DNA of 63,840 nucleotides, filler included, from Octopus bimaculoides (taxonomy: Eukaryota): assembly GCF_001194135.2 (NCBI RefSeq). It is 7 parts of 6 records of this genome, joined end to end, with 100 filler letters (N's around TTAATTAATTAA, not from the genome) between each part and the next. Parts side by side here need not be neighbours in the genome. Positions count along the whole stretch, not along the records: positions 1 to 8,469 come from NC_068993.1; positions 8,570 to 18,101 come from NC_068987.1; 5 more parts are not named here. The stretch is one strand, 5' to 3'. Below are positions 1-12,305 of the stretch, one piece after another. The position numbers and the translations under genes were made by a program. The notes under the pieces were generated by a model. That model ran no database searches and was not told the origin of the DNA. It saw only the letters and a list, made by a program, of their open reading frames with translations. Position 1 is the first letter of the stretch, and each line of letters starts with the position of its first letter.

Positions 1-96
1 GAAGAAGAAGAAGAAGAAGAAGAAGAAGAAGAAGAAGAAGAAGAAGAAGAAGAAGAAGAAGAAGAAGAAGAAGAAGAAGAAGAAGAAGAAGAAGAA
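1..96 (+). repeat. (GAA)n microsatellite, cut by the window start
   Basis: Perfect GAA run. Confidence 0.98.
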
Positions 97-970
97 TTAC
101 GCAACAAGGGACTACACAGTCAATTCCATGTGGCCACAACGGAAGCTGCTGGGAAAAATAGGTGGGATTGGTTGGTGAAATGAACTCTAGAAAGAGAGAC
201 CGAGAGCACTATATCGGCAGCACAAGACCAAGCTTTGGCCACGAACTGGACGGTCAACCTTAGGAATAAGCAAGGGACTCCGCTGAGCCACATCTACAAT
301 AGAGTGGATGAAACGATTGCCCATATCAAGAACGAATTCCTGGACTTGCCCAAAACCACTACTAGGTGTGGCGACACGTCCAGGTAGCGAAAGTGCTCCA
401 CTGGAAGCTGTGAGAAATGTTGGGGTTAGAGAGAGGCAAGACGTGGTATGAGCACAAACTGCAGAGAGTGGAGGATTCTGAGACTGGCAAAATCCTCTGG
501 GATTTCCGAATCCAAACAGATCAGGTGCTATATCGTAACAGAATGGACCTAATGGTGCTCGACAAGATTCACATGTGCCATATAGTTGACATTGCATGCC
601 CCTTTTACCCACAAATAGTCAAGAAGGAAGGCGAAAATATAGAAACAACCATCTTAAGTACGAAACAGCCCGGCTATGGAAATAAAGAAGGTGAAGATAG
701 TACCAACTATTGTTGGGCCCATGGGGACAGTATCAGAAGGCATTAAGAGGAATATAACAGAAATTGGAATAGAGTGTCCAGTAGAACTGTTACAAAAGGT
801 TTTCCTCCTTCGCACGGTCAGATTAATCAGGAAAGTATGAGATGACTGAAAAGAGCGAATAACATGGCACCGTAGGCGGAATAGCATGGTACCGTAGTAA
901 GCCTGCTTCGCATGCAAGACCCCAAGAGCTCTAACAATACCTTTGATAAAGAGATAATGATAATAATAAT
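97..970 (+). mobile_element. 5'-truncated R4/Dong-clade non-LTR retrotransposon 3' end with restriction-like endonuclease, decayed
   Basis: Frameshifted translation gives ETESTISAAQDQAL...DETIAHI...VLHWKL..LGLERGKTWYEH..KILWDFRIQTD...RMDLMVLDK..IVDIACP and C-terminal LLRTVRLIRKV. This is the R4-type knuckle plus RLE region. It ends in a (TAA/TGA)n tail at about 953-970. Confidence 0.8.
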
Positions 971-1170
971 GTTTTCAAAGTTTGTCACAGGGGCAACAAT
1001 TTGGAAGGAGGGGATAAGTCGATTACATCGACCCCAGTGTTTTCCTGATATTTAATTTATCGACCCGGAAAGGATGAAAGGCAAAGTCGACCTCGGCGGA
1101 ATTTCAGAAAGTAAAGAGATCGCTAAGCATTTCGTCCACCGTGCTAACGACCCTACCAGCTCGTCGCCTT
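971..1170 (-). mobile_element. tRNA-derived SINE, family A, (ATT)n-tailed variant A2
   Basis: Reverse complement matches the in-window family GGCG.CGAGCTGGCAGAA.CGTTAGC...AAATTCCGCCGAGGTCGACTTTGCCTTTCATCC. Confidence 0.85.
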
Positions 1171-1250
1171 AATAATAATCATAATAATTTCGTTTGTCAG
1201 TTGCTGTTTCACCTTAACCAGTTGAGCATGTCCCTAAGTACTGGAATACT

Positions 1251-1565
1251 TTAGCGTCTTCAGATTATAATCTCTTCGGCTCCATGAAAGAGGGTTTGAG
1301 AGGCAAACATTATTCCAGTGACGAGGAAGTGAAAACTGTAGTGAAGATGTAGCTGAAAGAACAGTCAACAGAATTTTACGGGGCAAGGATACATGCTCTC
1401 ATTCGAAGGTGGAACATTGCTATTGAGAGAAACAATGACTATGTTGAGAAATAGAGATGTGATCCACAGAAGACCAGCTTCATTTTGATGTATGATACAT
1501 GTTCCTGTGTTGGTAATTATACCTGTCCTAAACAAAATGACATTACTTTTTGACTCACCCTCGTA
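1251..1565 (+). mobile_element. mariner transposon 3' fragment (transposase C-terminus plus right TIR)
   Basis: LASSDYNLFGSMKEGLRGKHYSSDEEVKTVVKM*LKEQSTEFY..IHALIRRWNIAIERNNDYVEK* (stop 1452-1454; one internal stop). TIR ends ...TTTTTGACTCACCCTCG followed by TA. Confidence 0.9.
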
Positions 1566-2398
1566 TATTTGAACTCAGTATGTAAAGAGCTGTAGGGAAT
1601 ACTGCAAATCGTTTTGTCCCATGCTCTAATGATTCTGGCTTAAATAACTTCCAGTTTAGGCGCAAAATCAGCAATTTTGATGAGATGGTATTAGTGCTTC
1701 TCTACATTAATCGTTGATCCTGTCATCGCCTCACGCTTGTTTAGAAAACGAGCCAACCACACCGCCATCTGTTACTGTTAAAGATTTACCAATCTGTAAT
1801 TGTTAAAGGCTTGCCAATCTTTTACTGTTAAAGTCTTAGTTCGCATGCCTTGGTCAGCGAGCCTATCGAACGGTTTTTGTCCCTCCATGCATTAGACGCT
1901 AAACACTGACTTCGACCGGTCTGGTTGATGAACCTTCTGCAAAAGAATAGAATCTGGAAACGAGTTTGTTGTTGCCATTATTATTTATGGTGCCTTATGT
2001 CATAAATTCATTATAGTTTCTTGTAAATAAATGCATTCTGCTAAGGAATTGTGTTTTCTTTCTTATTATTTTTCTCATATCTGTAAAAACAGGTTTGTCT
2101 TCGTGAGAATGTTTTCTTTTTTAAAAAAATATGCAAGTTTTAAACGCTGTAGACATTTACTTTGTTTACGAGTGATAGATGTGAAAAAAAAATTCTTTCG
2201 GAAATTAAAATGTTTTTCACCAAGCGAAACTTATTAAAACAAAATTTAATTTCCACCTTTCTATTTTCGAATACATCATTAAAAAAGTATATTTTTCGCA
2301 TACTAGTAATCCATAGTATGAGAGAATCGGAGGAAATACGTCCGAATATCTCATAGCAGGTAACATAAAAACAGTAGCAACAACAACATTAATAATAA

Positions 2399-2736
2399 TC
2401 TTTCTACTATAGACATAAGGCCTGAAGTTTTATGAGAGGGTGATAACATCAACTGCAACACTTATGTTATCGATCTCTAAAGGATGTAAAGCTAAGTCGA
2501 CCTCAGCTGAACAACAACAATAATAATAATAATGGTTACAAATTTTGGGAGAAGGCCAGCAATTTCGGGGAGAGAGACTGAATTGATTACATCGACCCCA
2601 GTATTTAATAGATACTTATTTTATCGACCCCAGAAGGATGATGTCATCCTCGGCGGAATTTGACCTCAGAACGTAAAGATGGAGGAAATGCCGTTAAGCA
2701 TTTTGCCCAGCAAGGTAACGATTCTGCCAGCTCACC
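2399..2736 (-). mobile_element. two adjacent SINE A2 copies (2399-2508 partial; 2534-2736)
   Basis: Similarity to the other family A copies; AAT-repeat tails on the left. Confidence 0.75.
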
Positions 2737-2829
2737 TGTTTTTCCACATCTAGCACTACCAAATTACCTTCTGGGTCCAGGAAGCTGACCCTTATCTTGG
2801 GATTCACACCTTTCCAGAACAACACCACA

Positions 2830-4150
2830 GTTCATTCCCTATTCCCAGTTGATATGACGATCAGTAAATCTCGTATATACTGACAATTGGAATGAAAGTT
2901 TGCCAGCTGGAAGGACCGGTCTCACTGATAGCCACGGTGTCTATACTTAATGACCTTAAGTCAGTGTGTAGGTAGCCTTGTTTCCAAGGCAACCCCAGGT
3001 CACGTGTATTTATATTGCCTATTCTGAGCAAGGCCATGTTTGTCATAGAGAATCACTTACCCTATTTCTGTGGAGAATCAGGTGTTCTGTCCTTCTGGTT
3101 ATTTATAGGCGTCTCTAAAAGTATTTCTTTGTAGATTCTTAAACTTATGGCTTCGCGGAAATCTATTTCTTTGGGATATTTTTACTTTCAGTTTGCTTTA
3201 AGTTTGTTCAGATTTTTCTTTTTATAATTGTTATGTAAATAGGAATGTTATGCGAAGGTTCCACGTATTATTTAGAGTAATGTCTGTGCGTGTTTGAATA
3301 TGTTTTAAGTTCTTGTTTATATCTAAAGCCATGTAATTGATGTTGCCTTAGGGATGTTATTCATGTTGTTGGTCTGGATTGCTAGGTTTTCGTTTGTTGA
3401 GTTATTTGTAATATTGATAGAATTTATAGTTTCTGAGATATTTGTAGTTGTATTGCTGTAAAGTTCTTGGGTGTGTGATGATTTGGTGATTTCTGTGTCT
3501 ACTTCTCCAGTCTCCTCGTATTTAATCTTGTACCACGCTTTTTATTAAATAATATTTTTTTCTTTAATCACCAGGATTCAATCTCTTGGTTTTCCCACAC
3601 TGCTTTCCTCACTAAACGAATTTTCACCGTGGTAGGGGCAGAAATATGTCTGCACAGTCGTGCATTTCTAAGCTGGTTGTTCGGGTCGATTGGTGTAGGT
3701 GAAGCTTTTTTCGTGTGCGATGGCGCAGCTTATGTTTTTGTTTTTCTAGGATGATGTACCCTTGCTTGCTGCTGGCGTTATTAGATGAATCTCCCTTGAT
3801 GCTGCTATTGTTTTAGACGCCGGTGATTTTGGCACTGATGCTGTTTGTGTTGTCGTTGGTGGTGCTGCTGATGTTGCTTCTAATTCTGGTGTTTTTGTTA
3901 CTGTGTTAGAAGTGTCGTTATCAACAGGGCTTTTCTTTTTCTCTGCATGCAGTAGAAAGCCTTTAAGTGGTTTGTCTTGCCCCAAATGTGGCATCTCGGT
4001 TTTTTTTTACTTTGCCTGCTACGAATAGCTGTATACCATTATGGAGGTTGATCAGGTCATGATAGCTTCGATACTGTTCTGATCAGTCTGCATTCCGTGC
4101 CTGACCTACTAGCGTTCTTGTTGCTTTTTTCATGTCATTGCTCTCTTTTA
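2830..4150 (-). mobile_element. Tx1/L1-like retrotransposon remnant (ORF1 zinc knuckle and low-complexity tail, start of ORF2 APE endonuclease)
   Basis: ORF 2861-3046 LLRIGNINTRDLGLPWKQGYLHTDLRSLSIDTVAISET is homologous to 14702-14905. About 3950-4000 reads PRCHI(C)GKTNHLKAF with a 1-nt deletion. Confidence 0.7.
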
Positions 4151-4269
4151 TTTTTCCTGTTATGGCGATAGTGGTGTTGAAATTTTAGCAGCGGAAAATT
4201 AGCTTCATAATTTTCCCGTGCTTTGTTGTTACTGTTATTGTCGTTGTTGTTATTACTGTTGTTACTGCT

Positions 4270-4270
4270 T

Positions 4271-4323
<53 letters not shown>

Positions 4324-4476
4324 GCCCCTGCTACTGCTGCTGCTGCTACTGCTGCTGCTGCTGTCACTTATTTTTACAATTCCACTGTTCCGTTCTGTTG
4401 ATAGCTGGCTCTTCTTTTCATTGGAAGAACAATCTTACGGAAGCGTTGTATAACGTTTCAACAGACGAACAAACAA

Positions 4477-4533
<57 letters not shown>
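4270..4533 (+). repeat. (CTA)n/(CTG)n and (AAT)n microsatellites
   Basis: Direct inspection; these explain the poly-Y and poly-L ORFs. Confidence 0.95.
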
Positions 4534-4535
<2 letters not shown>

Positions 4536-4667
4536 GTCTTTCTACTACAGGCACAAGGCCTGAAATTTGGAAGAGGATGATAGTCGATTAAATTGACCCC
4601 AGTACTCAGCAGGTACTTATTTTATCGACCCCGAAAGGCTGAAAGGCAAAGTGAACCGCGGCGGAAC
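4536..4667 (-). mobile_element. SINE A2, 5'-truncated
   Basis: Family A body (TTTATCGACCCCGAAAGG.TGAAAGGCAAAGT) next to an (AAT)n tail. Confidence 0.75.
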
Positions 4668-4970
4668 TCTGCGAATAGTGATAATAATAAGAACAATGGT
4701 GTTGATGATGGTCATCATATCTTTTCTTTGCCCCTGGGTTATCAGATGAGATGAACATTATAAGGACAGTTTATTAGAATTTGTGTGGAGCTTTGCATAA
4801 TAAGTGAGAGGAAGAAAGGAAGAGACAGCTGAAATGAGATAAAAGGATACATAGCCTTCAGAATATATGAGCACATATATTATGCATACATACTAATATA
4901 AGAGAACTTCCAACAAGGGCCCCTCAGAGAACTCCACAAATCTATAATGGCACTTTGTCGTGGTGTGAAA

Positions 4971-5478
4971 GATGGCTTACAGCAAATATTCTGCTCAGTA
5001 CTACAGATTTGCTTGTCAGTTCTTGACCTTAGCCACTTGAGCATGTCCCTTAGGGGCTGATAATATGAACATCTCTGATCATGAGCAGAAGTAATCGGGG
5101 AGCATCATAGCCATGTGATGAAAGGGATTATTTAAGGTTTGAATAATTTACCTCTGGAAACATAGGTGTTTCGTTCATCATCCTTAAACGAACCTTATTG
5201 AAGGACATTTTGTGCGGGATGAGTTGCTCGACTTGAAGAAAATTCTAACTGGACCCCACTTGCAAGGTCATGCGCTGTTTATCTTAATATGAGATCACCA
5301 TGTCGCGCACATATGGTTATGATGCATGTGCTTGGTGTACCCTTATCAGACGTGTAGTCATGACGGGTATACTGGGCTTCGTATATTTTACCTCAGTGTC
5401 ACTTTGATGGCATGCACTGCTCTCTCACTCAATCATAATAATAATAATGATAATAATGATAATAATGATAATAATAAT
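4971..5478 (+). mobile_element. unclassified interspersed retroposon with (TAA/TGA)n tail
   Basis: A partial second copy (TTGTCAGTT..ACCTTA.CCA.TTGAGCATGTCCCT) lies at about 1188-1236; microsatellite 3' tail at 5425-5478. Confidence 0.5.
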
Positions 5479-8400
5479 GGCAGTTTTGTGTGATAAATCA
5501 TTCTCATTTTCTTTTATTTGGCTGTTGTTTACGCTCTGTTAATAATTTTGTTGTCCGTAGTAATGCTCTAGTTGAACTTGATGTCAGAAATGTTGTTGTT
5601 GACAGTTTTGTCTCCTGGGTCTAAGTTTATTCTACTTAGCTGTCTTATCTAATTAATTTAGTTTTTCAAAATTTGTATTTTCGTTTATTTTTTATCATTT
5701 TTTATTAATGGTTTCTCTTTTTGTTTTTTAGGGTTGTTTTTTTTTTTTCGTAATCTCTATTATATTAAACGCGAATTCGCCGTCTGACTCCGGTCAACTG
5801 AGGCGAGTTTCCAAATTTTCATGTCAGTAATTTGCTGCCAGTCATGTCTATATTCTTGTGTCTCTGTTTTTTATGTCTCTACCTGCATATATGTGTTTAT
5901 GTGTGAGTGTATATCATTTTGTGTGTCAGTGTGTGTGTGTGTGTGTTTTGTAAACTAAACGAACAAACCGAAGCAGCAGTAATGTGCTGTAAACAGCATG
6001 TCAGTCAGCCCGTAGCTGTTCACTGCTGTATGCGTTTGTGTGTCCGATAACTAATTCAACTGAAAAAATGTGAAGGGGTAGAAGGGAAAGAGTGAGACTG
6101 CTGTCTGTTTATGTTTATTTGCTTTAAACGGTTTAGTACGTTCCAACTTCTGGCCAACTGACGTCATGTCTTCTCACGTTGTCTTTTCTGCTCTACTGCA
6201 ATGGCATCTGCTTCTTAGAATTGGAGAATCGAGTAACACTTACAGTCAGATACTCACAACTCTTTCCTTTCTTCTTCTCTCCTCACCCCTATTCGGTACT
6301 ATCTAAGCTAGAACCCGTACCAATATCTATTTTTCTGTCCAATCTGTCTGGAGGAACCCAGAGGGAAAACCTCGGAAAAATAATCTTCGTCTCCATGCTA
6401 TTTAATTCCTGCATCCATCAATGTACATTTGTTCAAAAAGGTCATCGGCCGTGTCAAACTCATTGGTCTTCAGTTATGACAGCAATGCGTAGATTCCATT
6501 TATTTGCTATTATTTTCCGTAGTCTGGACAAAAAGGCAAACCTTTTAATGTGTTTAATCTAGAAGCAAGTCCTTTGCGGGCCCTTCGAGAATGGGGAGCC
6601 TGATGCCGTTAAAGTTCCTTTTAAACTGTTGTAAGTAGGAAATAAACGAGCAGGAAGAAGACTTCAAAGGGATGACGTTCGGAGGAGGAAGAACTGGAAA
6701 TGGTGACAGTGCGGGGCTAGAAGTGTTAGATGCTATATGCAAGACAACATGCTATTTGATAAGTAGTTAGATGCTATATGCAAGACAATATGCGGTTTGA
6801 TAAATAGTTTGACTATGTTTGAGTAGCGGAAGTATAAAATCAGCTTGCTCTAAGAAACAGAGATCATTATATAAGAGACTATAAAATGTATTTTTAAAAA
6901 AATAGAAAAAACATAAAACACACGGTTTCGATAGTTTATGAAAGTTTGGCAAAAACTTTAAGTGTTTTAAGCAATGCACGATATTACGGAAACTTCAGTG
7001 ATGCATGAAATTGCGACCTATGCGCCGTGACTAAATGTGACAAGAGTTAATCCAATTACCTCCTTTGTCGGTGACTGAGTTTAGTGCAGTTTTAATATCA
7101 CATTGTATAATTAATTCCCTCATTTATAGATTCCGATTAATCTTCTTTAAATATAATGAGTTGTAGTAAGAGCTTAAAATCGATAAAGCACCAGTATGGC
7201 GGACTGATGGCTGTAAGTGTTCCTATTTCGATGTTCTTGCTGTTTCCGAAACAGTAACTATGACAAATATGAGTAACTCAGTATTTCGCTATATTTAGAT
7301 ACCAGAACGTTGTTTCGATCACGCTGGAAATGCAAAATGGTAGTAGACCTAACTTGCAATAAAGTATGTTCAAGGAGATATTTACAGATGAATGTCGTTG
7401 ACATCTTGGATGTCTTTAACAGAAATCAGTCTTCCAAATATTCGAGCCAGGTCTGTCTTCTACCTGTCCCGAAACCCTGCAAAAAGATCATGGGCACTGT
7501 CTCTTCTCTTGACCATAAGGTAAAAAAAAAACACTCACATATGCATCTGAGTAACTTACAATGGTAGTATATTGTTTTGAAACTTTATGAGTAGCGTTGA
7601 AATTCAGGTAAAATATATTGCATTTTCTTATCATCCAGGTTGTCATATTTAAACAGAGGTTAGTCCTGTTAGAGCACCATTTTTGCGTAATTTAGAAGAC
7701 CACTTATTCACCGCATCCTGTATATATATTTCTTGACTACTTAGAGTGTAAAGTACAATATTGATAATAAAGATAATGATGAGTTTGAACATTCAAAGTT
7801 ATGATTCGTTTCCAGTTAATTTATTCATAATAACTGTCAGATGGGTGTTTGGATCGCATTAACAGCATATTGTTGCATATTTGTATGCAGCGATTCATGC
7901 ATTGGATGGGAGCTAAAGAAAATTTACCAAAAAGACGCACCATCTGAAGGAAACAGCCTTGGCATTTTACTAAGAGAAATTCAGTACCTGCCTGGATATT
8001 ATGTCCCTCCTCTTACTATATATACATGTATATATATGCATATATGCATGTATGTATGTATGTATATATATATATGTATATGTATATGTATATATGTATA
8101 TATATATATATAGGAAATAAAAATAAGAAAATAAAAATAAATCAATTAATAATTATAGTTATTAATTACAAAAATAGAAACAGTCTCCCTGACAGCTGTT
8201 TCGCTTCAGACTTTAGATATTTCAACATTAATTGATTTATTTCTATTTTCTTTTTTTTTTTCTTAAATAACTATAAACCTCGGTTTATTTGTTTACCTAT
8301 TTTTGAATATTAATTTTAATATTCAAAATACTAGTAGGTAATAAACCAGTAAATACTTTGGATATTATTATCCCTTAATGAGGCTTATTACAGCTGTAAT

Positions 8401-9229
8401 TGAACTTTTATATACATACACACACACGCACACACACTAACACACACACGCACGCACACACACACACATNNNNNNNNNNNNNNNNNNNNNNNNNNNNNNN
8501 NNNNNNNNNNNNNTTAATTAATTAANNNNNNNNNNNNNNNNNNNNNNNNNNNNNNNNNNNNNNNNNNNNATACAGTGCGTGTGTTTTTATTGGCTAAACT
8601 GGCAATATGACCATCCCCAAGTACAACAACATCTGTTTCAACACACGATTTCACATAAAAAATCTTGCAAAACAAATATGTAAACGGAATATATATATAT
8701 ATATATATATACAAGCCATACATTTTAGCCTACACTCTTTTCATAATTTATATCTAAATTATGAGTTTTCTATAAGTTAATCCTTAAATCAATTTCCATA
8801 ATGGTTTATCAAAAAATAATACAGCTATCATATGTAAGGTATAGTTACTTAAGTCAATATCAGTCCACTTTTATCCTTTAATTTCATAGACTAAAAGCTA
8901 TAATTAATTTAACATTTTATATATACAATAATCATGCTAACCTAACAACATTTAAGTTAAATTATACAGATACAAAAGTATATACTAAATTAGTAATTGT
9001 TCAATATCTATAATATATATGATTAAAAAATCTGAGATTCAGCTTAAAAATACATTTAAAACATATTTTATGGTATATATTTCTAATCGTGGCTGCTTTT
9101 TTTTTTTATCTTTACTAAAAACAATCTAATTGTTGAAATAACATCCAATCTATAAGCTTCGCTATAAGTCAAATTGAAGCCAACGGTTAAGCAAGTTCCT
9201 AGATTTAACCATGGGCAAACATGCTGTAT

Positions 9230-9601
9230 TCTTTTATTCTTTCATTCTTCTAATTGTTTCAGTCATTTGACTGCGGCCATACTGAAGCACCGCCTTTATT
9301 CGAAGAAACCGACCTCGGGACTTATTCTATGTAAGCTTAGTACTTACGGTTGTCCAACGATGGTGGGGGGACAAATATAGCACACACCCAAATATACATG
9401 TGTGCGTGTTTATGTGGGGGGGGGGCGTGTGTGTGTATATACGACGGGTTTCTTTCAGTATCCCTCTACCAAATTCACTCACAAGCCATTGGTCAGTCCG
9501 AGGTTATAGTAGAAGACTTGCCCAAGGTGCCGCGCAGTGGGACTGAACCCAGAACTATGTGGTTGGGAAGCAAGCTTCTTACCACACAGCTACGCCTGCG
9601 A
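9230..9601 (-). mobile_element. tRNA-derived SINE family C (central TG/TA microsatellite)
   Basis: Head GGCGTAGCTGTGTGGTAAGAAGCTTGCTTCCCAACCACATAGTTCTGGGTTCAGTCCC (A/B-box-like) and tail GGCGGTGCTTCAGTATGGCCGCAGTCAAATGACTGAAAC are shared with many copies. Confidence 0.85.
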
Positions 9602-9744
9602 CTTATAGGATATAGTTTTAACACAATCAGGCCAAGTAATGTAAAGCCTGGAATTAGGTCTAAAAATGTTATAGGCTAAACAGTTATAACTGATGTATCA
9701 CTGATTATATATAGAAATATATATTTCCAAATCAAATATGTGTA

Positions 9745-10040
9745 TGGGGTGGGGAAGGACCGTCTTCCCTGTCGTAGACGACGGATGAGGGCTCTGCAAT
9801 TTCTTGCACAGATGATTTCTTTATAATGATCAAATGTTTGTATACATAACAACTGACGCCTTCCATAAAATCGACATTGCCTGTACAGGTGTACGATGTG
9901 CCACACGTCAGGTGTCGAAGTGGTCACAGAGCAACATCAGATGAGATGCTTTGCTCAAGAACACCAAGGCACCGCCCAGTCCGGGGATCGAAACTACGAT
10001 CTTGCGATCGTGAGTGCAACATCCCAACCACTAGATCACG
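9745..10040 (-). mobile_element. tRNA-derived SINE family D
   Basis: Minus strand shows A-box-like GTGATCTAGTGG and B-box-like GTTTCGATCCC; the body resembles 53030-53105. Confidence 0.6.
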
Positions 10041-10209
10041 AGCCCTCATATATTCGTATGCTAAGTTACAGGTCAGACTACAGGATGAAAGCTACAGGCT
10101 ATATTACAGGAAAATTTACTGGCTAATTTTTGACCACATAATTACGGCGAGGGAAAGAATGTTAAGTTGTTATGTTCATGCTTCCTCATAAAATTTATTA
10201 CGCTTTAGG

Positions 10210-11075
10210 TTAGTGGTTCTCAACTTGGATCTATATGGCCCTTGGGGGTTCACACGAGATTTTGTGGTTAAAATTTATTTGCAATAAATTGTTTATACTT
10301 TTACAATAGCGGAGGCGCAATGGCCCAGTGGTTAGGTCAGTGAAATCGTGGTCATAGGATCGCGGTTTCGATTCCCAGACCGGGCGTTGTGAGAGTTTAT
10401 TGAGTGAAAACGCCTAAAGCTCTACGAGGCTCCGGCAGGGGATGGTGGCGAACCCTGCTGTACTCTTCCACCACAACTTTCTCTCACTCTTACTTCTTGT
10501 TTCTGTTGTGCCTGTAATTCAAAGGGTCAGCCTTGTCACACTGTGTCACGCTGAATATCTCCGAGAACTACGTTAAGGGTACACGTGTCTGTGGAGTGCT
10601 CAGCCACTTGCACGTTAATTTCATGAGCAGGTTGTTCAGTTGATCGGATCAACTGGAACTCTCGATGTCGTGAGCGACGGAGTGCCAACAACAACTTTTA
10701 CAATTGGAATGAAAGGGACCCATAAGGAAAAAATGGTCGAGAACCATTTGTCTAGATAAGGGGTTCTCAAGTGGGGGTCCATATGGCCCCTGAGGGTCCA
10801 TATAAGGTTTTGGGAGGTCCACACAACAGAATAATATTTTAAAGACCCCGAAAAAACTTTGTCTTAGACATATATTTGTATGTGTCGCAAGAAACAGCTT
10901 GGTTTATTTCTCTAACATTTCACATGGTTCAGGCTACACAAGTTCATGCGTAGAAAACAAAATAAGTATTTTGAAAGAAATTTCTATAAAACTAGTTCTT
11001 AAACATCGAATGGGTACAGGGATCACCAGAATAAAATAGTAATCAAATGGGTCCATAGATAAAATATTGTTCTAG
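10210..11075. mobile_element. two tandem hAT (Charlie-like) MITEs, the first interrupted by a SINE
   Basis: TIR-like ends (T/A)AG(T/G)GGTTCTCAA and GAGAACCA; NTCTAGAN target motifs at 10750-10757 and 11076-11083. Confidence 0.6.
10308..10693 (+). mobile_element. full-length tRNA-derived SINE family B with 11-bp TSD
   Basis: A box TGGCCCAGTGG, B box GTTTCGATTCC, (CAA)n tail; TSD ACTTTTACAAT at 10297-10307 and 10694-10704. Confidence 0.92.
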
Positions 11076-11519
11076 CTCTAGATGAACAGAAGCAATGAAA
11101 TGAAGCAATTTTTAAGCCGTTCCATGTAGTACAGCGTGTCAGAAAGTCACGGCCACCATGTCAGGTTTCTTAAGACGGCCTATGTATCGCGTTGGATAAG
11201 GGGTTACTAGGAAGCAGGTAATAGTGGGAGTATACCCACATTCAGAACCGACTATCACAGTACAGTAGATTCTGAGAGAGAAGAATCAAAGCCAGTATTT
11301 GATTAGTAGTTTTTTTTTTTTTTTTGACCACAGCAGGACGAAATAGAAAGCTGGAAATAGGTGGGATTTGAACTCAGAACGTAAAGAGCTGGAACGAATG
11401 CAGCAAACCATTTTATCCGATGCTCTAATGATTCTCCTAATCAGTCTCAGTTAAAAAAAGAAACAAAAAATATCTAAGACTAATTATCATCAATGTCATC
11501 TTTTTTTAACTGGAGAAAA

Positions 11520-12024
11520 ATAAGAAGAGGAGGGGGAGGAGAGGAGGAGGAGGAGGAGGAGGAGAAGAAGAAGAAGAAAAAGAAGAAGAAAAAGAAGAAG
11601 AAAAAGAAGAAGAAAAAGAAGAAGAAAAAGTGGGGAGGAGGAGGAGGGGTGGTGGTGGTGGTGGATGATGCTGATGATGACGATGAGGATAACGACGACG
11701 ATGAAGAAGAAGGCGAAAGAAAAGGATGATGACGACGGTGGGGATGGTGACAATGACAACGTCGACGTCGACGACATCAACGACGACGATGATATGACAA
11801 CAACAACAAAAGCGACGACGCCGGAGTCAATATTAGTGACGCCGAACAAGTCAGTACAGTACTAATTACAATATAATTATTTTGACAAAATTATCATGAA
11901 TTTGATGTAGTCATTAAGTTGCACCTAATCATCATCATCATCTTCATGGTCGTCATCATCACACTTATCATTACCATCAGCATCATCATCTTCATCATCA
12001 TTATCATTATAACCATCATCATCA

Positions 12025-12055
<31 letters not shown>

Positions 12056-12305
12056 CATCATCATCATTATCATTGTCGCTTATCCTCTTCATCATCGTCA
12101 GAATCATCACCAACACAAATTGTCATTATCAACACCACCACCACCACCACCACAGTTATTATCATCCGTATCACCATCCCTAACTACCCTCATCGCTAAA
12201 TCATTAGTCATCACCATCATCATCATCATCACAACCATACCCTTGTCATCTACGTCACCACCACAACCACCACCACCACAACCACCACCAACAACAACAA
12301 CTGCT
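11520..12305. repeat. compound trinucleotide low-complexity block (GGA/GAA/GAT/GAC/CAT/CAC)
   Basis: Direct inspection; explains the homopolymeric ORFs. Confidence 0.9.

Noticed and set aside
6159-6166. CRE palindrome TGACGTCA (also 35781-35788)
   Set aside because: An 8-mer that can occur by chance in 64 kb; no promoter evidence.
7204-7262. CTGATGG...CCGAAACAGTA hammerhead-like string
   Set aside because: A9 is absent and stem I does not pair.
10311-10385. tRNA-like heads of SINEs (also 14956-15030, 39354, 59858) as real tRNA genes
   Set aside because: No intact cloverleaf or acceptor stem; they continue into SINE bodies with tails or TSDs.
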